DNA from: Hydrolagus colliei
Lineage: Eukaryota
Assembly (NCBI GenBank): GCA_035084275.1
Contig: CM068742.1
Span: 72,602,001-72,666,000 of the forward strand
Reading direction: 5' to 3'
Length of the DNA: 64,000 nt
Positions 27,001-39,000 of the stretch are shown here, in pieces (within the stretch, counting starts at the first letter, position 1; every line of letters begins with the position of its first letter). The translations under genes were made by a program, and so were the position numbers. Below the pieces are notes generated by a model. The model had not been told where the DNA came from, made no database searches, and was given only the letters and a program-made list of their open reading frames with translations.

Positions 27001-30000
27001 AGGAGGGCCTCAGTCTTGCTCACGTTCAATTGGAGGAAGTTGTCCCTCGTCCGGGACTCAATGTCAGACAGACATGCTGTCAGAACATCGATGGTCTGGG
27101 GGTTGAGGGATGAGGCAGAAAGGTACAGCTGGGTGTCGTCCGCATACATGTGGAAATGTACCCCATGTTTGCGGATGACATCGCCCAGAGGGAGCGTGTA
27201 AATGGTGAAAAGGAGGGGGCCAAGGACAGAGCCCTGGGGGACACCGTGAGAAACTGTGCGGGGGTTTGTGGAGAAACCGTTGGAAGATACAAAATGTAGG
27301 CGGTGGGTCAGGTAGGAATGGAACCAGTCAAGGACTGTGCCTTGAAGGTTGAGGTGGGAGGAAAGACGTTGGAGGAGGATGGTGTGTTCGACTGTGTCGA
27401 ATGCAGCAGACAGGTCAAGGAGGACAAGGAGGCAGAGGGAGCCCTGGTCGCAGGCGGTTAAGATGCCATTAGTCACCTTGACCAGGGCAGTTTCCGTGCT
27501 GTGAGCAGGGCGGAAACCTGATTGGAGGGGTTCAAGGAGTGAGTGAATTGAGAGGAAAGAGCGGAGCTGGGAGGCGACCACTCTTTCAAGGACCTTGGAT
27601 AAAAACGGGAGGTTGTAACTGATAAGATACAAGTAACTGATAAGATAATGACGCTGTGTGCACGAAAACTGTATATTCCGAGAGGGGAAAAAGGGATTTC
27701 AAAAGGAAATAGCTTTCCTATTGTACAAACAGCTTCTAATTCTAAAGTATTGCAGAAACCACATGAAATGGAGGTCGCAGAGGAAGAAACAGAAGACATC
27801 AATGGCCCATTTAAAAAATCTAGATCAAGTCTCACTAGACCAGACACCAATCCAGGACTTCACTGCTTAAGGGTTAGTCACCTCACTTACAAATGCAAGT
27901 GTTTCAAGAGAAAATATCTTTAAACAGTCGTTCAATTGGAAAAAGTCTAACCGGTGAAAACAGAAGCCACTCCACTCACAACCATAAACAAAATTTTAAA
28001 TCAAGACTATTTCGTTTTTTGATGGGGGGAGTGTGGAAACTATGGGATGTAGTGATGCTAGAGGAACCTAACTGCAAAAAATCACCCTAATTGTCTCTTC
28101 CCTTATTCCATTTAATTCTGAGTAATAATGTAACACAGAAAAATTGAACGGATGTGCGTCGAAAACATGTTTACTCCATAATTGATTTTAATACTTTTGA
28201 AAATTAATAATTACTTACGGGGATTTTGTATCTTTACTGATGAATCTGGATCAGGATGTTGTTTATGCACAACCTGGGTACAAATCTGCTCTGTCAAAAT
28301 CTGAAAAGTAAAAGAAAATATTTGACAAAAATTGGTGGTGGGGCAAAGTAAGAGATTATTAGATTCATTTTACAAAATTTGTGACTGCAGTTTGGGGAAC
28401 ATTCCAAATACAGTACATTCAATTAGACAAAACTAGCAAATTGTTTTAAAACCAATTCATTGCCATGCCATCTCTTGCACATATTCGCAGCCGATTTCAG
28501 CTGTATGCTCTCTGCCATCTCAACCATATTTGTGATTCAAGGAAAAGAGGAAGAGAAAAAAGTCTCTGAAACAAAATTGCCCATAGAAGTGGCAAGAACA
28601 AATGTGAAAGAAACAGAAAATTAATTGAATGATTAATTATGTTAAATTAATCTAAAACATCAGGCAATTAATTGAATAGTTCACAAACCCAGAGCAAAAT
28701 ACAAGATGGAAGTTGTACTAGAGGCTAGTTTTAAGAGCAAAGAATCAAGATTTGGAACACAACAGGAAATTAAGTCTCCCACATTGTTGAGTTAGACAAT
28801 TGTTCAGACATGTACAATACAGAAATCTGGAACTTGCACAGATGTCATGTATAGATTTCATTATGGTACCAATATTTCTACCTAATACAAAATTTAATAA
28901 TTTGGCAAGTGGCATGCAAGCACAGTTAAACTGGAACATTGTCAAGGTACTTTAGCTACGCACACTCTGAGGACAAAAGTGACCTAGAACATCGGCTTGA
29001 ATTTACACCTCGGGGAAAACTGAGCCAACCCTAAATTATATCCCTAATATTTCACCTCCCCACCACCCCCCCATCCCCCAACCCTTATCACGACTATACA
29101 CAGCCAAATTACTTAATTAGGCCAGAGGCTAGGACGTAGATTTATCAATCCAAAATAAAACCACCAAAATCATACATGAATTCTTCAGAAAGGAAATAAT
29201 AATCCAAATGTAATAATGATTAAATAAAATAATAACAAATCTAATAACGACATATTTCCTCCTCCCCCATTACCACTACACACAGCCAAGTTACTTAATT
29301 AGTGAAGAGGCTAGGGCATAAATTCATCAATCCAAAATAAAACCACCAAAATCATACACAAATTGTTCAGAAAGGAAATAATAATCCAAATGTAATAATA
29401 ATAAAATTGTAACAAATGTAATAATAACATGGCCACCCAACTGCAGTTTAGAAAGGGAAATTCTTCCACAGGACACCTACTTGCAGAAATCATGATCCAA
29501 CTTAATAAACCTGGGTGAAATACAAAACACAGAACTCACCCATACCAAAATGTCTGTTTAATTGCAAAATCTGACTACATTTATGGTAGGTGAAATATTG
29601 GCAGAAATAGTTAAAAGAATACAACGTAATACTCAACAGAAAAAAATTCTACACTATTTAAATGGACTGCTTGACGCTTACCTCATATAAGACATTGTAA
29701 GTGGTCATGGTAATCACGTTGGTGTGCAACATCAACCGTTCAGCTAACAAAGAGAATAATCCATGTCCAAGCATGACTTCAGCCTTACGTCTGTAGAAAG
29801 CAGTACAGTTTCAATAGCCTGAAAAGTTACTCAATGTACAGTTTTTGATCATGACTTGAAAATGAATGATATGCAGGTCAAATAATTCTGCTCCCATAAA
29901 TGAAATGCAGGATTTTTCTCCACCATGTTAGACTTTCAGCCTAAAATGCCCAAATTTGTTCATTCCCAAACAGCTTGGATGAACAATGCCATCTTCAAAA

Positions 30001-33000
30001 AGGATTACCAAGCAAGAGGAAATATATAATTTTATTTCTTACTTTGGAGCAAGATGCTTCAGAAAATACCCCATCACTTTTAAAGCTTGTACTCTTATTC
30101 CTTCATTTTTTGAAGCCAAAAGTTTATAGATGATCCTGGAAAAACATAACAGAATGTAAAATAGTTGATCAATTAATGAATACATGGTTATACATTTTTA
30201 AAAATCAATTTAATTCTGTAATTGTGCATGAAGTAGTTCCCAATACTACGTAAATCAACTAGGAAACAGAGTTCAAATCTTGGTCATCCAACACCTTTTC
30301 TTCAATGATCAGGTAAATGCTATTGATATCTACTACGTATGTTAGGGTTGAGAAAAATAAGCAAGACACCAAAAAAAGGAAGAAACCAATGTTCCACTCT
30401 TGAGCAAGCATATTTTCCAATTCATAAAATGACATAAAATAGATTATTTCCTTTACAATATGAATTAAGAAAGATCTACTTTTGAAAGTGTCATCCAAAA
30501 ACTAACATAGTTTACAAGATTTGCTCAGAAGGCCTTCAGCCAAGTGTCGGCAGTTGCCTTGCAGGAGCCCCGTGCAATGGTTCTGTTTGGGGTCCCTACA
30601 TTTTACGAGATGATGATGCTAAATCTTATCAGTGGATTCATTTGGGGCCCTTGAATGGCTCAGAGCCCCAAGGAAATTCATAGGTTGCCCGTCTCTGCCA
30701 ATATCTCACCCCAAAAGCTGCCAAAATCCTGGTCCATGCCTTTGTCACCTCTGACACTGATATGGGCAATTGGCTGCCGAGTTTGACCCGCAAATATACA
30801 GTCAGTTTACTTTACAGTTTATTCTGTGAGAGCGCTTTGAGACATTTAGAAGACGTGAAAAGCACTATACCAAATGCAAGGATTATTATTATTACTGGTT
30901 ACCTGCTCCATTCGTTAATTACCCTCTGGGTAAAGAAACAATTCTTGACAAGATTAGATGTTCCTGAAATTGCCCTTTGCAACTCTAGTCATACAAAATA
31001 TTTATACTGTGCCATTCTTAACATACAAGGGAGGGGAGTTAACTATTAAAATGATTTTTCACTATTGCTATGCTTCAGGTCAGTATGGCCTAGGCATATG
31101 CAATGAATCAGTTAGATTGAAAACTGGCCTGTGGCACCAGTGCTCAGCTAAAAACATAAGAGTTGCTTCTTTCTCCAAAATGGGCAATGTAACCCAGGAG
31201 GAAAAAGATCTAATAATCTGTTTATCAAGTTGTTTACTTAAAATCAATGTTAGTGCATAAAAGCATGCATTTCATTCTACAATAACAATTCATATTTCAG
31301 AAATATTACAATAATCCCGATTATTAATTCTCCCGATGTGTAAGGTGCTATAAAAGTGTAAATTGTGTTGTATTTGCCTTATTATGGTGTGCAAACTTAG
31401 ATTTCTCTGAATTTGCCAGCAAAATTAGTATAAATTATCATTGCAGAAAAGTATTATTCCTTCCTTAGTCCAATTTTTTTTAATGAAACTATTTTAAAAA
31501 AATGAGTCCAGTGTTCTGGCTTCAATCACTTTACTGACTGAAGTAAATTAATTACTTTAATTAATTACTCCACACGTCTGATAATATATTTTCTGTAAAA
31601 GAAACTAACCATTACCAACTTTCACTTCATAACAAACTGATATCATGGTCACATTATTGAGAACTCAAGAATCAGGTGCACGTTTTGAAGGCATGCAGTC
31701 CACCTACAAATTGTTACTACAATTTACATAACAACAACAAAAAAATTACACTTATAAAGCGCCTTTCAAAATCCTGTGAAGCATTGATACATGTCAATGA
31801 TGTGCTAAAATGCTTATCAAATTATCAAATGTAAGGATATTATTTTCTACAACCCCAGACTTGTCATTAATTATTTATAATGAATATAAATTTAGGTTAC
31901 TACTAAAAAGACAGATTAGCAATTGCCTTGCTTTCATTGGAAGAAGGGCCAGAGACAAAGATGGAAAATTGTGTAAAGTCATTGAAAGTTAATTATTTTT
32001 ATCATGACCAAAGGGGAAAAAACCTCAAGTGTCAATATTATGGTTCAATGGTAGTGATTATCCTCATCACAAATGCAGACATCTTGTGGCTTTCAGTCGA
32101 AGCTCCTCTAATTACTACCCGGGCAGGTCCATCAAGATGCAAATGTCAGTCTTCATTTTGAATACCAAAGAAACTAAGTTTTGCAAACCATAATTACTCT
32201 TGAATATCATCAGATTTACACTCAATATTATCAGATTTAGTGTGCAAGATAGATTGCACATCACACTGAGGTTCATATAAACAAGAACACTAATTTTAAA
32301 ATTGCAATGATTTTGACAAGGAAATACAATACATTACAAAGCAACTTGTTGCCAAAATAACTTGCCAAAATAACTTGGCATGACTCTAACAAAAGTTTTT
32401 TTTTTTAAATAGTGCAATGTTAGAAGTTTAGAAGCGCTCTGAGACGCCGTCCAGCGTGGAGGACGCTATATAAATTGAAGTAGTTGTTGTTGTTGTTGTA
32501 GAAGATATTACTTATCCAGCAGTTCCTCACACAGCTGGAGCCCAACATCAAAGTCGGAAGAGATATGGGACAAAGAAAAAGCGATTATTCTTGTGTTCCT
32601 CCAAGGTCCAAGCACAAGAATAGCACTGCCATACAGCTAGAAAACTGAACTTCAAATGTCAATCACAGAATTGTTTTTGGCAGAGGGCAACAAAGAAAAC
32701 AACTAATCGAAGAGCTCTCAAAATACTCTAGAACATACGTTTGTATTAAATACTGCCTAAAAATGGCACCCAAAAGTGTACCCACTTTTCACACAGTCGC
32801 TTATCCTTAGCACAATTGGAGGTCAATTATAACAGTTCTAAGTTAGAAGGAAATAATAATACTAATAATAATCATCCTTGCATTTGATATAGCTTCCTTA
32901 TCACGTCTTCTAGACTTCTCAAAGCGCTTCACAAAGTGAATTGACTGTATATTTTTGTGGGCAAAACAAAAAATAAGGGCAACGAAAAAATTTAAACATT

Positions 33001-36000
33001 CCAAATTGAAGAAAGCCACTCTGACAAATTGTTAAACATTCAAATGTAAAATACAAATTTTCAATAAGGTGAAGTCACATTTAAATGGATTTATCGAACA
33101 CTTAAATTGTTTACCGCATTCCATTCCGCTGATCAAAAGCAGGAATCATGGAGCCTGGGTGCTCAGCCATCAGAGCTACAAGCAGCTGTAGAACGTCCAT
33201 GAGATTGTCATCCTGAAACAAATAAACCACTAAATATTACCAGAATTAACTGAACAAAATTCCCAAAGAAAAAAGTTAACCAGAGATTGTCTTTTGAAAT
33301 TTTTTAATAAGTGTTCCAAAAATAATAAGTTTTACAAGCTAATTTCACTCATGAAATTTAATATTAGAATAATTTTTTTCCCCCAAAAAAACTGTTTTCT
33401 GGTTACGGGAAAGCATTTGACCACAATTTACGATCAATACTCATCTTAAATTTAACTGTTCTCCAAAAAAGATTTGAATGCCTGAGGCCTAGGTTAAAAA
33501 CAGTTAGCAAAATAAATAGAAGAGCAAGAGTTGGTACTAAACTCAGTAGGAACTAAATTTGATGAAATCAGCTGTCCACTGCAGTCCACTAAACAGGAAA
33601 ACAGTTAAGACTACATCAAAATATTCACCTCTTTTACAAATTATTTAAATATATGAAAACATTTCAAACTACAAATCCCTCACTTATTTGGGAAGGAAAA
33701 ATGTAAGCTGAAATTCTGATAAATTCACTGATTATTCGTTGTGTGTATTTACAGTACAATGAGGATATGCCAAGTACAATGAGATAGCCAAATATTACAT
33801 AATTTATCTTAAATTTCAGCCAACAAAAGAAAAAAAATTGTAATAGTAATTTGAAATCAATTATAAATTACAAGATATAATATCAGACCAATAATGAAGC
33901 TCGATTTTGAACTGTCTCATCAAGGGTTTACTTCACTGGATTCACCCTAATTCCATCTTATACTATACCCGGGTGTTGGAAGTGAATATGAATTCATATA
34001 ATCTATGCAAAACTGTCTTCAATTCTTAAATATTCCTGCTTTTTACATACCAATATACATCAAGTATAAGGAGCAATTGGCAAGCAATCTGTTGCCAGGC
34101 AATGATGATCAAACCATCTAACTAGATGTATTGGTCAGCCCTATCCTTCTTCCCGTCTCCAATTTGCACTCCGTTCCTACTGTCTCCTCTCCCTTGTCTC
34201 CCCTCCTTTCATAATTTGGTTCACATAAAGAACTCCTCACATCAGCATTTATGCGGGTAAATCTATATTCAAACACTCTAAGGCAGGCTACGCAAAGTGT
34301 ACCATCATTTGCCTATAGTCGCTTTTAACAGCAGAACATGGAATTTGTATTCAACAGCCTGAAATGGCAGTTTACCTTCATCAGAAATATTGAGAGCTCT
34401 AGTTACTAATTTGTGCTTCATACTTAACTTAATAGTAATAACAATCCTGGCATTTAATATAGTGCTTTTCACGTCTTCTCGACATCTCAAAGCACTTCAC
34501 AGGAAATACTGTACAGTGAATTTCCTGTATATTTGTGGGTGAAATGCAACAGCAAAATACACACAGCAGTGTAACACAAACAGTCGTGAATTGAGTGACC
34601 AATTTTTTTTGAGGGATAAATATTATGCGTGTGGTATAGAGAAACGTGCCCAATGTTTCGTCCTGCCGGGAATTGAACCAAGGTCTCTTGCTTGTGAGGC
34701 AAGTGCGCTAACCACTGAGCTACAGGACTGCTATGAAGACAGACAAGCTCCCCAGTCACTTGGAACTAAACAAAATACCAGAAAAATCTCTCAATATTCC
34801 TCACGATTGCTAGCACGTTACTATATATTCAATTCCATCCATCAATTGTGTGAAACACTACAGTTCTTCTACACAATTGATGAACCCTATAAAACAATTA
34901 TTGGAATAAATTATCATTCCAGGCAATTCAGTACAAAATCCTGCACTCTCACATTAAATATCTGTATGAAGCAACTAGGGAACGGCAATATATCGGTATA
35001 TCGCTAAAACCCGATATGATTTTCATATCGATATGCTGATATAGACATTTTAAAAATATCGATATATCGAAAAACGATATATCGAGGTAAAAAATCGGGA
35101 TGCGAGCACAATCAACTACAAGACCCAGAATGCTCATCTCTATACACAATGCACAGACCGAGGTGCAAAGCCGCCATCTTGTATTCATAGTCCTCGAATA
35201 CAATATACAGGTATGCAAGGGGTGGGAGGAGAGAGACGGCTGTGGTTGGGGGTGGTGAAGGGGAGAGAGACGGCTGGGGGGGGGGTGAGGGGGAGAGAGA
35301 CGGCTGGGGGGGGGAGAGGAGGAGAGAGACGGCTGGGGGGGGAGAGGGGGAGAGAGATGGCTGGGGGGTGGAGAGGGGGAGAGAGACGGTTGGGGGGGGG
35401 GAGGAGGAGAGGGGGAGAGAGACGGCTGGGGGGAGGAGGAGAGGGGGAGAGAGACGGCTGGGGGGGAGAGGGGGAGAGAGATGGCTGGGGGGGAGAGGAG
35501 AGGGGGAGAGACGGCTGGGGGGGGAGAGGGGGGGAGAGAGACGGCTGGGGGGGGGAGAGGGGGAGAGATGGCAGGGGGGGAGAGGGGGAGAGAGATGGCT
35601 GGGGGGGAGAGGGGGAGAGAGATGGCTGGGGGGGAGAGGGGGAGAGAGACGGCTGGGGGGGGGGGAGAGGGGGAGAGAGACGGCTGGGGGGAGGGGGAGA
35701 GAGACGGCTGGGGGGGGAGGGAGAGAGAGACGGTGGGGGGGGGGGGGGAGGAGAGGGGGAGAGAGACGGCTGGGGGGAGGGGGAGAGAGACGGCTGGGGG
35801 GGGAGGGGGAGAGAGACGGCGGGGGGGAGGGGGGAGGGAGAAAGAGACGGCTGGGGTGGTGGTGGGGGAGAGAGACGACGGGGGTGGTGGGTGCGAGAGA
35901 GGGACGGCGGGGAGGGGGGGGGGGGGGGGGAGAGACGGGGTGGATGTGATAATATACAGATAGATAGAGATGGGGGGGGATGTGAGAGAGGAGAGAGGGA

Positions 36001-39000
36001 GAGAGACATAGAGAGACACAGACAGAAAAACACAGAGATGGAGAGAGTGAGAGACACAGAGAGAGAAAGATATTTACCTCCTGAGAAGATAGGCCCCGAA
36101 TGCGCACGCACCCGGAACGCGCGCGCACCCGGAACGCGCGCGCACCCAGAATGCGCGCGCACTCCGATGCGCGCGCATGCGCAGTACGGAAAAACTGAAA
36201 ATGTCGATATTTCGGTATATCTCGATATGAGCCAGCCGATATGGATATATCGGGAAATTCCCATATCGCCGTTCCCTAGAAGCAACCTTTCTGTTGCTGT
36301 CTTTACCTGTTCTTCTCTTTTAACTGCCTGACTGGTACTACTGCTCTGTGATGGCAAGAATGAGGAAAATTGCAGTAAAGAATTAGTGGGGAAAAAAGCA
36401 GAACTCCTTCACAAATACCGAAGACTGACAAGCTCTCCAGCTGTTAAGAGGCAAGAAAAAGAATATAATGTGTTGTAGTGCTGGATAGCAATAATCTGTC
36501 TTTCTCTGCAGCCTGAATTCTTCAAGGGAATGCTACTTTAGAATTATTAAATATTACAATCCACAGGTGATTGTCCAAAAGAATTTCACTGCCTATTTTA
36601 AGCCTGTCTTGACCTCATTTAAACTGTACGCCTATTTTAAGGATTTTTTGTTACTACCATACTTATAATTCTAGCTAGACTGCCACCTAGCGGCAGAACC
36701 TAATTTCCTTTAAACCACAAATCCCTTCTACATCTTAGCAGTTAGTTGGCTTATGGTTATTCATATAACACGATCATGAGTTTCAGTACTTCCCATCTGC
36801 TCTTTATCTCCCATACATTTGTCACCAATACTTAGAATGTTTTTCTTAATTTTTCTTCATTAAATTACAAAAAAATGTAAAAGATGCAAAGTATTCATAT
36901 TCATCACATTAGATATTCTGTATTTTTTCTGATTCCTCTGGGCGATGCATCATTTCTGTTCTCTAAAATATATTTACAAACTAGTAACCTACAAGTACTG
37001 TGAAACAGCTGAGTACAGTATATGGACCACAAAAGCTCCAGTATCTACAGTAGATTTAATGAAATTAAGAAATTTAAAGTGCAATTCATGCTACCATACC
37101 TCATGCATAGTGAGAAGATAGTTTAGAATACTCTGCAGTTCATCTTCCTTAATGCCATGATCCTACAAAGCAAAAATAGTTGATGTTTTATAAAATACTA
37201 ACCACAAAAGAAATTAATTCTCTTTGAATGCATTCTAGTTGCACAATCATGGGGAGGTGCCAAAATAAATGAATGAAATTTGCAATCTAAGTTTTGTGTA
37301 CCCCAAAGCAGTTAAGCAATATTTATGGAATCAAAATTAATTAATTGAATAAAAGCCTTGTAGATCTAAAAACTACTACTAATATTAATAATATTAAACA
37401 TGATGACAAGTACATCTACGTATTGACGAAAAATACATATGGCTATAATACAATTATGTAATTATGAACTAGTTCCAAGGAAGTTAAAAAAAAAGCAAAA
37501 CTAAAGCCGCTTATAACAGTTATCTAAACACAGTAATATAATTATCCTTATATTTGATATAGTGCTTTTCACGTCTTCAATCTAGACTCTCAAAGCGCTT
37601 CACAGAATATACTGTAAAGTGAATTGACTGTATATTTGTGGGCGAAACGTGGCAGCCAATTGCTCACAGCAGTATCCCACAAACAGTAGTGGATTGAAAT
37701 GACCAATTTTTATTATTGTGTTTTTTTGGGGGGGAATTATTATTAGGCATGTGGGTAAGGAAACTTGCCCAAGATTTTGCCCTGACCTGCCGGGATTTGA
37801 ACACAGGTCTCACACTTGTGGCGAATGCTCTAACCACTGAGCTACAGGACTCCACAATTATGATGATATGCTACAGATTTGCATGTCACACACCCTCCCA
37901 TTCTTTTCATTTAGTCATAGTAACAGCATTTTGTTGAGAAGATGAACTATAAGTAGTAACCGGATACAGGGAATGTTTCAATCATGTCACAAGCAATATG
38001 TGAGTTCTGGAACTGATCACAAATACTGATTGTTTTCTAACGTATTTTTGTTTGGAAACTTCATCTACTATAGCTCAGAAACATTTTAATTTGGGACAAT
38101 TACGTGCTACAAAATAAGTCAACATTAAAGGTTGATGTTATTTACATTCCAGATTTTGATTCTCACCTTCATTATCAATTGTTTCACAAACAGTAGCAAG
38201 AAAGCCCGCAGGGAGAGAATCTCCTTCTGGGTAGGTCTGAGACCATCTGGAGAAAGGGAGAAAAGTTACAACTCTGCATAAACAAGTTTACAAAATTGAT
38301 TAATCAAACTGATGAAACACTACGTGGCACAAAAAGAGATTCAGACAAAGTTTAGATCTAAAGCTCCATCAATGGCACAATGGTGCACCACATAATGTGT
38401 TCCAAGCAACAGAGTCAAAGCATTGTGTTTAGTCTAGGGTCTGCTGATATCGAAATTTTCCGATATCAATATATCGGTTTGCCCATATTGATATATACCG
38501 ATATATCACCGGACACGATATACCGATATTTGCGATATATCGATATTTTTTTCATATAGAATTTTTTAATATATCGATATATTTTAAGTTCTGATATCGG
38601 CATATCGATATGAAAATTATATCAGATATAACCGATATATCGATATATCGCCGGGCCCTAGTTTAGTCCTTTCCTCTGCTGCATTTGCTTTCCTCAGTCA
38701 AACAGTCAGAGAATGCAAAATATTACAATAGTATCAAAGGTGTTAAAAATAGTACAACATATGTCCTCCACAAGACACTGCAAGACTATTCATGAACCAG
38801 TCTAGCTTTTCCTTACCCAGACCTTTGGGAACAACTCCACTACGATCCTGTGGATTTACTACCCAGTAGAAGTACTTCAAAGTGTGCATTATCTGAAGTA
38901 CAGTACCAACTCTTCGTACTGCATTGTAAATGGTAGCTGTACTGATGAACTCAGTAGACAGGTACGTATAAAGTTGTAGCTGGACCTTAAGTTAAAAAAA

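Noticed and set aside
26178-27632. 484-aa ORF as a functional or domesticated reverse transcriptase
   Set aside because: 5'-truncated L2 lacking endonuclease and promoter, with a C-terminal frameshift; open frame reflects youth
34949-36357. ORFs of 235-390 aa on both strands
   Set aside because: Same low-complexity artefact within the hAT element
38435-38660. CRISPR-like or iteron-like CGATAT repeats
   Set aside because: Irregular short motifs bounded by TIRs and an 8-bp TSD, i.e. hAT subterminal repeats in eukaryotic DNA
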